A stretch of DNA of 64,000 bases from a virus: positions 32,001 through 96,000 of the IMG/VR virus record IMGVR_UViG_3300021091_000014; one strand, 5' to 3'. Each line of letters begins with the position of its first letter. Position 1 is the stretch's first letter. Shown in pieces: positions 1 through 9,564 of the stretch. The position numbers were made by a program, and so were the translations under genes. The notes under the pieces were generated by a model that worked only from the letters and a program-made list of their open reading frames with translations, ran no database searches and was not told the origin of the DNA.

Positions 1-2
1 CA

Positions 3-1150
3 GGTCAAAAAGGTGATACTGGCACCGGCACTAAAGGCGATAAAGGCGAAATAGGTCCTGTTAATTATTTTGACGTATCAACAGACATATTTACTGGCAA
101 TGGATCAGCAAACTCATTTACACTTGCGGTTACTCCTGTAAATGAAGACCACACTGTAGTAGTTATTGATGGTGTTGCTCAACTAAGAACGTCTTATGAT
201 ATTTCCGGCAATACAATAACGTTTGGATCTGCTCCTTCAAATAATGCAGCCATTGAAGTAACTACTTTTACCGGTGGTGCTAAAGGACAAAAAGGGGATA
301 CTGGTTCAAAAGGCGATAAAGGTGAGATAGGCACAAAAGGTGATACCGGTCCTTACAATACATTTGATGTTACATTAGATACATTTACCGGTAATGGATC
401 GGCTACCTCATATACACTAACATCATCACCAATAGATGAAAATCATACGGTAGTAATTATCGAGGGTGTTGCTCAGTTAAAGACTGCTTACTCAGTATCA
501 GGTAATACTTTAACATTTAGTTCAGCGCCGGCCAACGGATATAATATTGAAGTATCTACTTTTGCCGGCGGCGCCAAAGGACAAAAAGGAGATACCGGTA
601 CAGCAGGATCGAAGGGTGATAAAGGCGAGATAGGTACTACCGGTGACAAAGGCGATAAGGGCGATGCTGGGGCGGCAGGGTCAAAAGGTGATACTGGTAC
701 AGCTGGATCAAAAGGCGATAAAGGCGATAAAGGTGAGATAGGTACAAAGGGTGATACCGGCCCATACAATACATTTGATGTTACATTAGACACGTTTACC
801 GGTAATGGATCGGCTACCGCTTACACATTATCAGTAACACCAATTGATGAAGATCATACAATTGTCATTATTGACGGTGTTGCCCAGCTTAAGTCTGCAT
901 ACTCTGTCTCTGGAAACACAATTACATTTTCTGCTGCACCCTCTAACAATGCTGCAATTGATGTAACTGTTATTGCAGGTGGTGCTAAAGGTGATACCGG
1001 CTCGTCAGGATCAAAAGGTGATAAGGGTGAAGTAGGATCTAAAGGTGATAAGGGTGTAGATGGAACTATCGGTGTAAACGGAGACAAAGGCGATAAGGGC
1101 GATGCTGGTGCGGCAGGATCAAAAGGTGATAAGGGTGAAACAGGGCCTAC
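3..1150 (+). repeat. Collagen Gly-X-Y blocks alternating with three copies of a ~70-aa module (FDVxxDxFTGNGS...APxNxxxIxV...GG)
   Basis: Copies at about 64-285, 355-575 and 766-985. DNA at about 310-408 is near-identical to 720-820. Confidence 0.9.
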
Positions 1151-1736
1151 CGGAGGATCAAATACTCAGGTTTTATTTAATGATAGTGGATCAGCTAACA
1201 GTTCGGCAGCACTAACCTTTAATAAAACTTCCAACACTCTTACAGTTGGAGGTAGTATTGTTCCTAATGCCAATATTAGCTACGATCTTGGAACCTCTAA
1301 TATGAGATTTAAAGATCTGTATCTTTCTGGTAATACAATTACTATTGGTGATGTTACTCTAACAGTTGCAAATAACACACTGCAGACAACAGCCAATGGA
1401 GTGTCTACTTCAATAAGTGCCCCACGCTTTATTACAGTGCAGCAAACTGGAGAGGTTGCTGCAACTTATACAGGAACAGCAAGATGGTACCCACCATTTT
1501 CTATAAATATTAGTAAGATTTACGCAAGCATTGGTGTTGCAGCCTCTGGGTCTGTAACATTTGTTTTAAAGAAAAACGGTACTACAGCAGCTACAAGCTC
1601 CATAACTAATGGTAACTATAAAATAACACCGGCGACAGCCAATATATCACTTACGACTAGTGACTATCTGTCGCTTGATATAACCAATGGAACAGCTACT
1701 GACTTAACTGTTTCTCTTCAGTATACGGCTACATAA
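3..1736 (+). CDS. Collagen-repeat tail fibre protein, 5'-truncated (the track ORF 1302..1736 is only its C-terminus)
   Basis: Frame starting at base 3 reads GQKGDTGTGTKGDKGEIGP... and is in frame with 1302. Gly-X-Y blocks alternate with three beta-rich modules, followed by the fibre motif YDLGTSNMRFKDLYLSG. Confidence 0.85.
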   Translation, partial: GQKGDTGTGTKGDKGEIGPVNYFDVSTDIFTGNGSANSFTLAVTPVNEDHTVVVIDGVAQLRTSYDISGNTITFGSAPSNNAAIEVTTFTGGAKGQKGDTGSKGDKGEIGTKGDTGPYNTFDVTLDTFTGNGSATSYTLTSSPIDENHTVVIIEGVAQLKTAYSVSGNTLTFSSAPANGYNIEVSTFAGGAKGQKGDTGTAGSKGDKGEIGTTGDKGDKGDAGAAGSKGDTGTAGSKGDKGDKGEIGTKGDTGPYNTFDVTLDTFTGNGSATAYTLSVTPIDEDHTIVIIDGVAQLKSAYSVSGNTITFSAAPSNNAAIDVTVIAGGAKGDTGSSGSKGDKGEVGSKGDKGVDGTIGVNGDKGDKGDAGAAGSKGDKGETGPTGGSNTQVLFNDSGSANSSAALTFNKTSNTLTVGGSIVPNANISYDLGTSNMRFKDLYLSGNTITIGDVTLTVANNTLQTTANGVSTSISAPRFITVQQTGEVAATYTGTARWYPPFSINISKIYASIGVAASGSVTFVLKKNGTTAATSSITNGNYKITPATANISLTTSDYLSLDITNGTATDLTVSLQYTAT

Positions 1737-1768
1737 GTAATAATACATTTATTAAAGGAATAAAAAAA

Positions 1769-2050
1769 ATGCTAAAAGCAAACGCTGAAAAGTTCTTTTT
1801 CCAGGATATGGGATGGGGACACAATCCTCCTACTCAAGCTTACGTTTATTCGTATACTGGCAACGTGCCCGCAAACACCTCATCTATTGCAGTTGCAACG
1901 GAAGAGCTTTTAATGGTGGTAAATGGTGACTTTAACAAGTCCCATTGTGTTATTATTGATAGTGAATCAAATAATACAGTACTTTTTTTAAAAGAAGAAA
2001 TTTCCTCGAATAATTTTTCGTTTTTATACGAAATTAATTCTGCAGAATAA
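1769..2050 (+). CDS. Hypothetical protein (fibre-associated)
   Basis: 93-aa ORF with AAGGA upstream, co-oriented in the fibre cluster. Confidence 0.6.
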   Translation: MLKANAEKFFFQDMGWGHNPPTQAYVYSYTGNVPANTSSIAVATEELLMVVNGDFNKSHCVIIDSESNNTVLFLKEEISSNNFSFLYEINSAE

Positions 2051-2063
2051 CCGGAGACCTTAA

Positions 2064-2954
2064 ATGTTTGTAAAATACGTTTCCCATCCTAACGCAACAC
2101 TAACTACTATAAAGAGCGATATTGTTTCTATATTGTCTGGAAGTATTGCAACAGCAAATGACTTCGGGGTCAATTGTAATAAAACCTCTACTCTGGTATA
2201 CGGTTCCTTCCCTTCTAATACATATGCCGTGGTTAACTCTTCAGCGATGGCGTTCTCTAAAAACCATAATGACTACACCGGCAAGACCTATTATTTTAGA
2301 ATAAATTTTTCCGGTAATAATTGGACGTCAATTACAGCGTCAGGAAATTATACTGCAGCGAACGATACATTTGCTAATACTGACCATACGAGGTCGTTTC
2401 CAAATACTGGTACTTCTTCCTCGCCAATGGCACCTCAATCCGCAACAGCAGGGATAACGTTTTACATTATAGCAGGCGCCGAAACATTCCATATGGATAC
2501 ACCTACCTATTCGGGCAACGCTGCAAAATCAGTAACGCTGTGTGATATTAGTCACACCGGGCTTACAAGAGAATTCACAGACTCAGTTCTAATGGCTGGC
2601 TTTGATCAAATCTCTAACGTGTTTAGTAATGCTAATTCTGCTTTTGGAGTAGCGCTACCAGCAGCAAACGGAGCTTACTTTACCCAATCATCAAACGGTG
2701 CTAATTTAACATTAATTAGTACGGCTTTACCATCCACACCTATGGTAGCAGCAAACGGGTCTCAAATTACTATTGAAAATCCTGTGTTTGTATATCACGA
2801 ACTTGGTGGAAATACTAATCATTACGTATATGGTGTAAGTAGAACTTCTACGCGCACAATAGAAGCTTATAGAACATATACAGATAAAGATAGTAAAATA
2901 AAAGTAATATTACCAGCAAATAACTCATTCAGTTTAGCTTTAAACGCAGATTAA
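2064..2954 (+). CDS. Putative virion/fibre-associated protein
   Basis: 296 aa, S/T/N/A-rich beta-type composition, GGAG RBS. Confidence 0.55.
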   Translation: MFVKYVSHPNATLTTIKSDIVSILSGSIATANDFGVNCNKTSTLVYGSFPSNTYAVVNSSAMAFSKNHNDYTGKTYYFRINFSGNNWTSITASGNYTAANDTFANTDHTRSFPNTGTSSSPMAPQSATAGITFYIIAGAETFHMDTPTYSGNAAKSVTLCDISHTGLTREFTDSVLMAGFDQISNVFSNANSAFGVALPAANGAYFTQSSNGANLTLISTALPSTPMVAANGSQITIENPVFVYHELGGNTNHYVYGVSRTSTRTIEAYRTYTDKDSKIKVILPANNSFSLALNAD

Positions 2955-2969
2955 CGGAGAAATATAAAC

Positions 2970-4391
2970 ATGTTTGCAACCATCGACGCAGGACTTGGCT
3001 CAAATACGGACTACCGTAACTATGCTATTAATTTTATGCGAGCAGTTAGAACAATTGCTACTGCTAATGCCGGAACAACCCCAACATGTAACGTTATATC
3101 TGGTCCTTCCGGAACAATGGAATCCAATCAGATGATTACTGTGATTTCAAATACATCAGCCGGAGGCTGGACTGTTGATGAATCCAACACCTCATATAAT
3201 CTGATTGGAAACACTTACAATTCTTCCGGGGCTTCCGGTAGCTACCCCTACTCTTTAAATTTATACACTGATACTGGAAAAAATCAATATCCGTATCATA
3301 TGTTTACAATTAGAACTAACCCCTCTTATTCTTTTGGTTCATCGTTTAACTCCTACCCTCACCTGGCTTTTTACACCGGTGTAAGTAATACTGCGGTATG
3401 GGGGTCTGGATCTTACGGTGGTAACTATAGTTCAGGCATAGGTACAACAAGCAGCTTATTAACTGATGTTAATAATTCTTGGTCTAATCCTTCTTATCAA
3501 AGCAATCCTGCTTATCATACTTGTTTTAATGTGTCTCATATGACATGGGGTGGCAGCTATACAAACTCAATTGGTGAGAACGCTAATTTATTTTATGTTG
3601 CAGCGACAAGCGATTATATTATTATTTTAAACCGTGGATGCGGTATGGTGTATTCCGGAAAAAGAACTACTCAAGGATGGGAAGATAGTTATGATGATAA
3701 TCCTCCTGTAGTTGGATTTCAATTCAATCGCTGGATGTACCCTCAAAGTATTTTTGGCTGGCAAAGAGTAATGACCGTAAACGGTGGAACACCTTCAGCA
3801 GCTAACATATCTTTTCATAAGTACGTTGGATGGGACAGCGTACACGCTACTAGCTGGTCCAACAACTCATATAACGCAGTGGACCCTATCTCTGGCAGCC
3901 CAATTTATTATGGATATGCAAATCAAATTGCTCCAATGTATACTTCACCTACTGCAGTAAGAATTAAATATCCTAATATTACGGCACCTGCTGGTTCAGG
4001 ATTATATAATTCTCCAAACATGCTGTTTCATTCTATTAATCATAGTGTTGGATACTATAGTTATAATATATACGGCTCTTATCCAAGCACGTACCGCGCG
4101 GTACATTATGCTCCAGCGGTAGATACATCTTCAGGCGCCTTAACACCACCTGCAGTACCTATTGTATATTCTATTTACGGGATGAGCTTTAACCCTGGAG
4201 GACGACTTAAAGGTATTTACAAGTCCTTATCTGGTCCCACATCGTATTGTTCTTCAGTAGCAACAAATAGACAGCAGGTAACAGTAAACGAAAGTGGAAC
4301 TAATACCACATATATGAATATTAATATGTTTATAGGTGTTAGTCAGTACGGTAACACCTACACTGATAGTTTCTTAATTAAGGTTGCGTAA
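2970..4391 (+). CDS. Putative virion/fibre-tip protein
   Basis: 473 aa, rich in S/N/Y/G/T with few charged residues, GGAG RBS. Confidence 0.55.
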   Translation: MFATIDAGLGSNTDYRNYAINFMRAVRTIATANAGTTPTCNVISGPSGTMESNQMITVISNTSAGGWTVDESNTSYNLIGNTYNSSGASGSYPYSLNLYTDTGKNQYPYHMFTIRTNPSYSFGSSFNSYPHLAFYTGVSNTAVWGSGSYGGNYSSGIGTTSSLLTDVNNSWSNPSYQSNPAYHTCFNVSHMTWGGSYTNSIGENANLFYVAATSDYIIILNRGCGMVYSGKRTTQGWEDSYDDNPPVVGFQFNRWMYPQSIFGWQRVMTVNGGTPSAANISFHKYVGWDSVHATSWSNNSYNAVDPISGSPIYYGYANQIAPMYTSPTAVRIKYPNITAPAGSGLYNSPNMLFHSINHSVGYYSYNIYGSYPSTYRAVHYAPAVDTSSGALTPPAVPIVYSIYGMSFNPGGRLKGIYKSLSGPTSYCSSVATNRQQVTVNESGTNTTYMNINMFIGVSQYGNTYTDSFLIKVA

Positions 4392-4888
4392 TGCCCATAA
4401 ATGTAGGGGATTTTGACGGTGCTGACCCACACTTAGATAGTTTTCAGGTCTATGCTGTTGGTGGGGGAGGTATTGCCTTGTCTGGTAATACCTTCAAGCT
4501 AAGTCTAGATCCGGACTTTACCTACGCTGCCTTAATAGCCGCCGGTGGTGGTGGCGCACTTGAGTTATCTGATCAAGATGCACCGGAAAATGCCTCCTAC
4601 TTAACTTACGTACCAGGCGGAGGACAGATAGGGTTATCAGCCAATACATTTAGACCGTCTCTTGACCCTGATCATACATATGCAAGTGTTATTGTTGCTG
4701 GCGGGGGCGGGGCCCTAACACTATCAGATCAAGACGCCCCAGAAAATGCCTCTTATATTACGTATGTGGCAGCCGGAGGACTAATAGGGTTAACGCATGC
4801 ACCGTTCCATGCATTATTAGATAGTGAGTTTCCATCTACTGGAGGGGGCGGAAATACTGGCACCTCACAAATATGGTCTTTAGGTTAG
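4391..4888 (+). CDS. Gly-rich protein with an internal 52-aa tandem duplication
   Basis: SLDPDxTYA...GGGGALxLSDQDAPENASY occurs twice, 156 nt apart; TAATG coupling to the upstream gene. Confidence 0.7.
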   Translation: MPINVGDFDGADPHLDSFQVYAVGGGGIALSGNTFKLSLDPDFTYAALIAAGGGGALELSDQDAPENASYLTYVPGGGQIGLSANTFRPSLDPDHTYASVIVAGGGGALTLSDQDAPENASYITYVAAGGLIGLTHAPFHALLDSEFPSTGGGGNTGTSQIWSLG

Positions 4889-4889
4889 T

Positions 4890-5309
4890 ATGAAAAAACT
4901 TTTATTGATTCCAGTTGTTTTATTACTAACCGGGTGTGCTCCATTACTAACTAAGTTATATGAGTCTTATTTTCTCGCACCATATGATAATGTTGAGTAT
5001 GCATTAGTAAATAAAATTAGAACAATGGCATATTTGGCCGAACCAAATTGCACCAACAAAAAACAAATACAATCTGATTTAGAAGGAATGTATTTTATAT
5101 CGGTTGAAGCTAAAAACTTTAGCCAACATTTACCTGATAATAAAGATTCAACAAAGCTTACTGCAGACCTGAGCACACTTGTAAAAGGTGCATTTGATCA
5201 TTATGAAAAGAATGAAAAGGTTGGTGAGGCTTACTGTAAAGCTAAAATGAAACAAATATATTCAAATGCTGAAACAATACAAAAAGTAATAGGGGCTAAA
5301 CCAAGATGA
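4890..5309 (+). CDS. Putative lipoprotein
   Basis: MKK + hydrophobic stretch + lipobox LTGC. Confidence 0.7.
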   Translation: MKKLLLIPVVLLLTGCAPLLTKLYESYFLAPYDNVEYALVNKIRTMAYLAEPNCTNKKQIQSDLEGMYFISVEAKNFSQHLPDNKDSTKLTADLSTLVKGAFDHYEKNEKVGEAYCKAKMKQIYSNAETIQKVIGAKPR

Positions 5310-5509
5310 CATTAAATGAAATTAAAGCCTACTTAACAGAGTATGCTAAAGATTATGACGAGGGTAGACTGTCGTCGGAAGAGTATAAAGAACTTCTGGC
5401 CGGTCTTGATCTATCTACTGCAATTACAATGAACGCAGAAGAGCTTCAAGAAAAAGAGCAATTAAATACCTATATTAATGCTACCATAAACGTTCTATCG
5501 GCGGTCTAA
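5306..5509 (+). CDS. Hypothetical acidic helical protein
   Basis: ATGA overlap with the lipoprotein gene. Confidence 0.6.
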   Translation: MTLNEIKAYLTEYAKDYDEGRLSSEEYKELLAGLDLSTAITMNAEELQEKEQLNTYINATINVLSAV

Positions 5510-7036
5510 ATGGCATTAACTACTATCCCTATTTCAGGTCTAGAATCAAACGTTGTCCAGCAAATTCAGTCTGGTGGCGGGATACCTAGAATTATTTCTA
5601 TTTCTTATCCAGGGGATGATACAGCGGCCTTGCCAGCCGGTGGTCAAACTATTACCATAAATGGGTCTAATTTTTTATTGACAAGTGCTGTGTATGTTGA
5701 TGGTGCCCAGGTTGGAGTAGTATCATATGTTAATGCTAATACTCTGACATTTGTTACACCAGCTAAAGTAGCATCTAATTATTCGTTATACGTTGTAAAC
5801 CCTGACGGCGCTACAGCCATTGCTGTTCCGGGAGTTTCTTTTTCTAATGCGCCTGTCTGGTCAACATCATCAGGTTCTATTGGTACTCCATATGAAACTA
5901 CAGCTTTCAGTATAAACCTTTCTGCTACAGGTGACGGTTCTGTTTCTTATGCAATGGCAGCTGGAAATACTTTACCGACCGGACTAACGCTTGCAGCAAA
6001 TGGATTGTTAAGCGGCACTATACCTGCAACAGACCCTTCTACAACATATACATTTTACGTTGATGCTGTTGACGATCAAAATCAAGAAACATCAAGATCG
6101 TTTAGTGTCACATATACAAAAGATGAGGTGATATGGTCGTCCCCAGCAAACGGTGCTGCTTATGCCTGGGATATGTCAGTGGCTAATAACTTCACACTCA
6201 CAGCTAACAGCGCTGCTGGTAAATCTATAACTTATACAGTACAATCTGGATCTCTTCCAGCAAACGTTTCTATCTCGAACAACAGCGTTACAGGCACACC
6301 AAATTCTGTTCAGGCCAACACTTCGGTCGTAATAAGAGCTACAGCTAACGGAACTAATCGCTTTGCGGATAGAACTCTTTATTTTGCAATCATCGATCCA
6401 GCACCTTCTACTATAGGTCAATTTTATCAAGGTGGTTACTATGCCGGGCAAATTTATTATGAAGATACGGGTGTTCAGTATTACCTATTAGTAGCACCAA
6501 AAGCATCTGGTGAATCACAGCAAGTTTTAGGTCCGATGAATAATACAGTCCCTATCGGACAATCTCGAGTAGCTGGCCCATTATATTACGATGGGTATAA
6601 CGCTACTCATAATAATAACAACAGCACGTGGCCGGCTTTTCAGTGGGCTAGAAGTCTCAATATAAACGGATATACTGATTGGTATATACCATCTATTATG
6701 GAATTTGATATTATTGCCTACCATCTTAGCCCTGGGAGATCGTCGTCCTACGGAGATTGGTTTGTGCCGTCTTATGCAGGATACGGGGTATCTAATCGAA
6801 ACCCCTATGCAAGAGTTCCATCTGCAGCAACGTTAAATAGTAGTAGTTATTACGATACAACTTCTGTAGCAGCATTTCAAACTTCCGGGGCTCAAAAATT
6901 TGAGAGTAGTCAGTACTGGTCAACTACAAAGGAAGATTCGGTAGCATATGCCATTAGCTTTCCGCTTGGCAGATTAAATGGGGTTTTTGCTAATAACTCC
7001 CTCTACACACGCGCCATAAGAAGGGTGGCTGTTTAA
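5510..7036 (+). CDS. IPT/TIG + Ig-like repeat protein with a C-terminal DUF1566/Lcl-like domain (putative adhesin/RBP)
   Basis: GGQTITINGSNF (IPT), LPTGLTL..GLLSGT (Ig-like), then DWYIPSIMEF, YWSTT and terminal TRAIRRV. Confidence 0.7.
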   Translation: MALTTIPISGLESNVVQQIQSGGGIPRIISISYPGDDTAALPAGGQTITINGSNFLLTSAVYVDGAQVGVVSYVNANTLTFVTPAKVASNYSLYVVNPDGATAIAVPGVSFSNAPVWSTSSGSIGTPYETTAFSINLSATGDGSVSYAMAAGNTLPTGLTLAANGLLSGTIPATDPSTTYTFYVDAVDDQNQETSRSFSVTYTKDEVIWSSPANGAAYAWDMSVANNFTLTANSAAGKSITYTVQSGSLPANVSISNNSVTGTPNSVQANTSVVIRATANGTNRFADRTLYFAIIDPAPSTIGQFYQGGYYAGQIYYEDTGVQYYLLVAPKASGESQQVLGPMNNTVPIGQSRVAGPLYYDGYNATHNNNNSTWPAFQWARSLNINGYTDWYIPSIMEFDIIAYHLSPGRSSSYGDWFVPSYAGYGVSNRNPYARVPSAATLNSSSYYDTTSVAAFQTSGAQKFESSQYWSTTKEDSVAYAISFPLGRLNGVFANNSLYTRAIRRVAV

Positions 7037-7045
7037 AAAAATTAT

Positions 7046-7297
7046 ATGCACGATATTGAAATGTTCGATAAAACTTCTTCGAGGATAGCCGTGTTAGAAA
7101 ACGAGGTTAAGAATATTGCTTCTGACGTTAAAGAAATGCGCCAGGAGCAAAAAGAGCAGCATGAAATATTACTAAAAAAATTCTCCACAATGGATAATAG
7201 ACTGTCTATTGTTGAAAAATGGAGGTGGATGCTTTTAGGAGCCGCAGCCGTGGCTGGATATATAATTGCACACATTAGAATAGAAAGGCTGTTTTAA
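7046..7297 (+). CDS. Coiled-coil protein with a C-terminal transmembrane helix (XhlA-like/holin-like)
   Basis: RIAVLENEV...RLSIVEKWRWMLLGAAAVAGYII. Confidence 0.55.
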   Translation: MHDIEMFDKTSSRIAVLENEVKNIASDVKEMRQEQKEQHEILLKKFSTMDNRLSIVEKWRWMLLGAAAVAGYIIAHIRIERLF

Positions 7298-9495
7298 TGC
7301 CATCACCATTAACCACTATTCCAGCTACCGGGCTTGAGGCTAATCTTGTAAGTACAATTACCCAGGGTGTTGGTCCAAAGATTACAACCATAACATATGC
7401 CGGTGATGATACAGCTGCACTACCGGCTGGTGGTCAAACTATAACTATAAACGGTTCAGGATTTAAAAATACAAGTACTGTTTATATTGATGGTGCTGTT
7501 GTTGGAGTAGTTTCTTTTATTGATGCAAACACATTAACGTTTGTAGCACCAGCGAAAGCAGCATCTAATTATTCACTGTATGTTGTTAATGTCGATGGTG
7601 CAACAGCAATCTCTGTCCCCGGCATCACTTATTCTAATGCTCCTGTCTGGTCTACTTCTTCTGGTTCTGTTGGATCCCCGTACGAAGCAAATACATTTAA
7701 CGTAAGCCTTTCGGCTACTGGTGATGGCTCTGTTACGTATGCGATGGCCGCTGGTAACTCGCTGCCCTCCGGGCTTACCCTTGCATCTAATGGATATATT
7801 TCAGGTACAGTGCCTGCTACAGATCCTACTACTACGTATACATTTTATGTAGATGCGATAGATTCACAAAATCAAGAGACTACAAGATCATTTAGTATCA
7901 CTTATAATAAGGACGCAGTTACTTGGTCATCACCAGCAAACGGTACTGCTTATTCTCTTTTTACTGGCACAGCTAATACAATCTCTCTTTCTGCAACCAG
8001 TGCATCAGGTAGAGGAATAACCTACTCAGTTCAATCAGGCTCTCTTCCAGCTAACTTAAGCATTTCGGGCAGTTCTATTACGGGAACGCCTAATACTGCT
8101 CAGGTTAATACTTCCGTTACGATTAGAGCTACAGTGGCTGCCGCTAGCAGGGTGGCCGATCTCGTACTTTATTTTCTTACACAAGCTGATCCACAGCGTT
8201 TCTCTAATTTTAATATTAGTGATAGTAATGCTCAGATTCAAGCCGGTGAGTTTGAAGTAGACTCAGGAGTTAATTTCTGCTATGGTGCTCTGCGTTACGG
8301 TTCAAACCGCTCATTAGCTATTTTTAAATATAATTTAGATACACAATCAGTGGTTTGGGCAAAAGATATAAATGTATCTGGATTGCTTTCTTATTATACT
8401 GGGAGTATGAGTATAGGTAATGGAAAGTTGTTTATTCCAATAGGTGTTGATTCCCCTGAATATAACATTATAATGTTAGCTCTTTTGACAAGTGATGGTA
8501 ATATAGTGTGGAAAAAATTGTATGATTCAGAGGATTATAGTGTCTCAGGATCCACAGATGCTCCTTCATCCTATCAAAAATCTGTTATTTTTAATTCAAA
8601 TTCTAATACAGTTTGGTTTGCTCAAAATGGCGGTAATGATGCAGGCTGGTTGGTTTTAAACGAGTCAACGGGTAGTCTGGCGTCCCCACAATATGCCTTT
8701 TACAGTACTTTTTCAGGAGGAACAAATGCTGATATTTATGGGGGATTTATATCCGGAAACACTATAACAAGCTACCATAACCCTAACGCCGGTGATCCTG
8801 CTTACGTAATAGCAAACACCAGTTGGGCGACGTCTCCAACAGCAAGAAGATTAACATATAGTGGATCACTTTATCACGAATCTGCATTTCTTAATAATAA
8901 TGGCGATTTTGTCGGAGTAGTTATAAAATATTCAAACGGTCCTATATTAAATTCTGCTAGTCAAAAAGAGTACTGTATTACCACTCCTACAGGTAGTAAT
9001 ACATTCTGGTTTACCCCTGCAGTTGCTAATGGTAAAAGTTATAGCTTTGTACGGCGAGTAGTGGATTATGATGGTAGTTATTATGTATTTGGATCCCATG
9101 ATTTTGGAGGATCGGCCGAATACAAAAATTCACCTTTTTTAATAAAATTTACTAATAAAACCGTAAGTTGGGCTGTAAGATTCAGACAGGATAATAATAT
9201 TCCAGAAATATATCCTACAGTAGCAGCTGCTACTGTATCAGGTAACAAATGCTATTTTTCTTTCTATCAAAATATCTTTACCTACCCCACAGCAGGGGGC
9301 ATAACCGGTACTTTAACTGCAGGAGGAATAACTTATACAATAGAAAATATAACAATCAGTACATCTAATGCTGAAGTTACATCTAGCTCTATTGGTGCCG
9401 GGCTCTATACAGATTCAGGTGGTAAGACTTTTAGTGATGCGTCTGGGCTTTCCATATCCAATAAAAACATAACACTTACTTCTAACACATATTAG
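7297..9495 (+). CDS. IPT/Ig-like repeat protein with a C-terminal beta-propeller-like region (putative adhesin/RBP), paralogue of 5510..7036
   Basis: First ~295 aa align with the 5510 protein; C-terminus has repeated G/SxxVW(A/K)K-type blades. Confidence 0.65.
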   Translation: MPSPLTTIPATGLEANLVSTITQGVGPKITTITYAGDDTAALPAGGQTITINGSGFKNTSTVYIDGAVVGVVSFIDANTLTFVAPAKAASNYSLYVVNVDGATAISVPGITYSNAPVWSTSSGSVGSPYEANTFNVSLSATGDGSVTYAMAAGNSLPSGLTLASNGYISGTVPATDPTTTYTFYVDAIDSQNQETTRSFSITYNKDAVTWSSPANGTAYSLFTGTANTISLSATSASGRGITYSVQSGSLPANLSISGSSITGTPNTAQVNTSVTIRATVAAASRVADLVLYFLTQADPQRFSNFNISDSNAQIQAGEFEVDSGVNFCYGALRYGSNRSLAIFKYNLDTQSVVWAKDINVSGLLSYYTGSMSIGNGKLFIPIGVDSPEYNIIMLALLTSDGNIVWKKLYDSEDYSVSGSTDAPSSYQKSVIFNSNSNTVWFAQNGGNDAGWLVLNESTGSLASPQYAFYSTFSGGTNADIYGGFISGNTITSYHNPNAGDPAYVIANTSWATSPTARRLTYSGSLYHESAFLNNNGDFVGVVIKYSNGPILNSASQKEYCITTPTGSNTFWFTPAVANGKSYSFVRRVVDYDGSYYVFGSHDFGGSAEYKNSPFLIKFTNKTVSWAVRFRQDNNIPEIYPTVAAATVSGNKCYFSFYQNIFTYPTAGGITGTLTAGGITYTIENITISTSNAEVTSSSIGAGLYTDSGGKTFSDASGLSISNKNITLTSNTY

Positions 9496-9524
9496 TTGCC
9501 TTTAGCTGTACTTTTTTATATAAT
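9496..9524 (+). promoter_or_regulatory. Sigma70-type promoter for the primase operon
   Basis: TTGCCT (9496-9501), 17 nt, TATAAT (9519-9524). Confidence 0.65.
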
Positions 9525-9564
9525 CACTCTGTGGTACGGTTAAACTAGATCATTACTATACATA

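Noticed and set aside
488-1087. Minus-strand Pro/Ser-rich ORFs 488..793 and 854..1087 (also 58898..59140)
   Set aside because: Antisense shadows of collagen GGN-repeat codons; the plus frame is the real gene
1-1150. Repeats considered as a CRISPR array or DGR TR/VR pair
   Set aside because: They are in-frame coding repeats with mostly synonymous differences, no spacer structure and no adenine-specific pattern
1502-1509. TATAAATA inside the fibre gene
   Set aside because: Within coding sequence and about 260 nt from the next start; may be chance in AT-rich DNA
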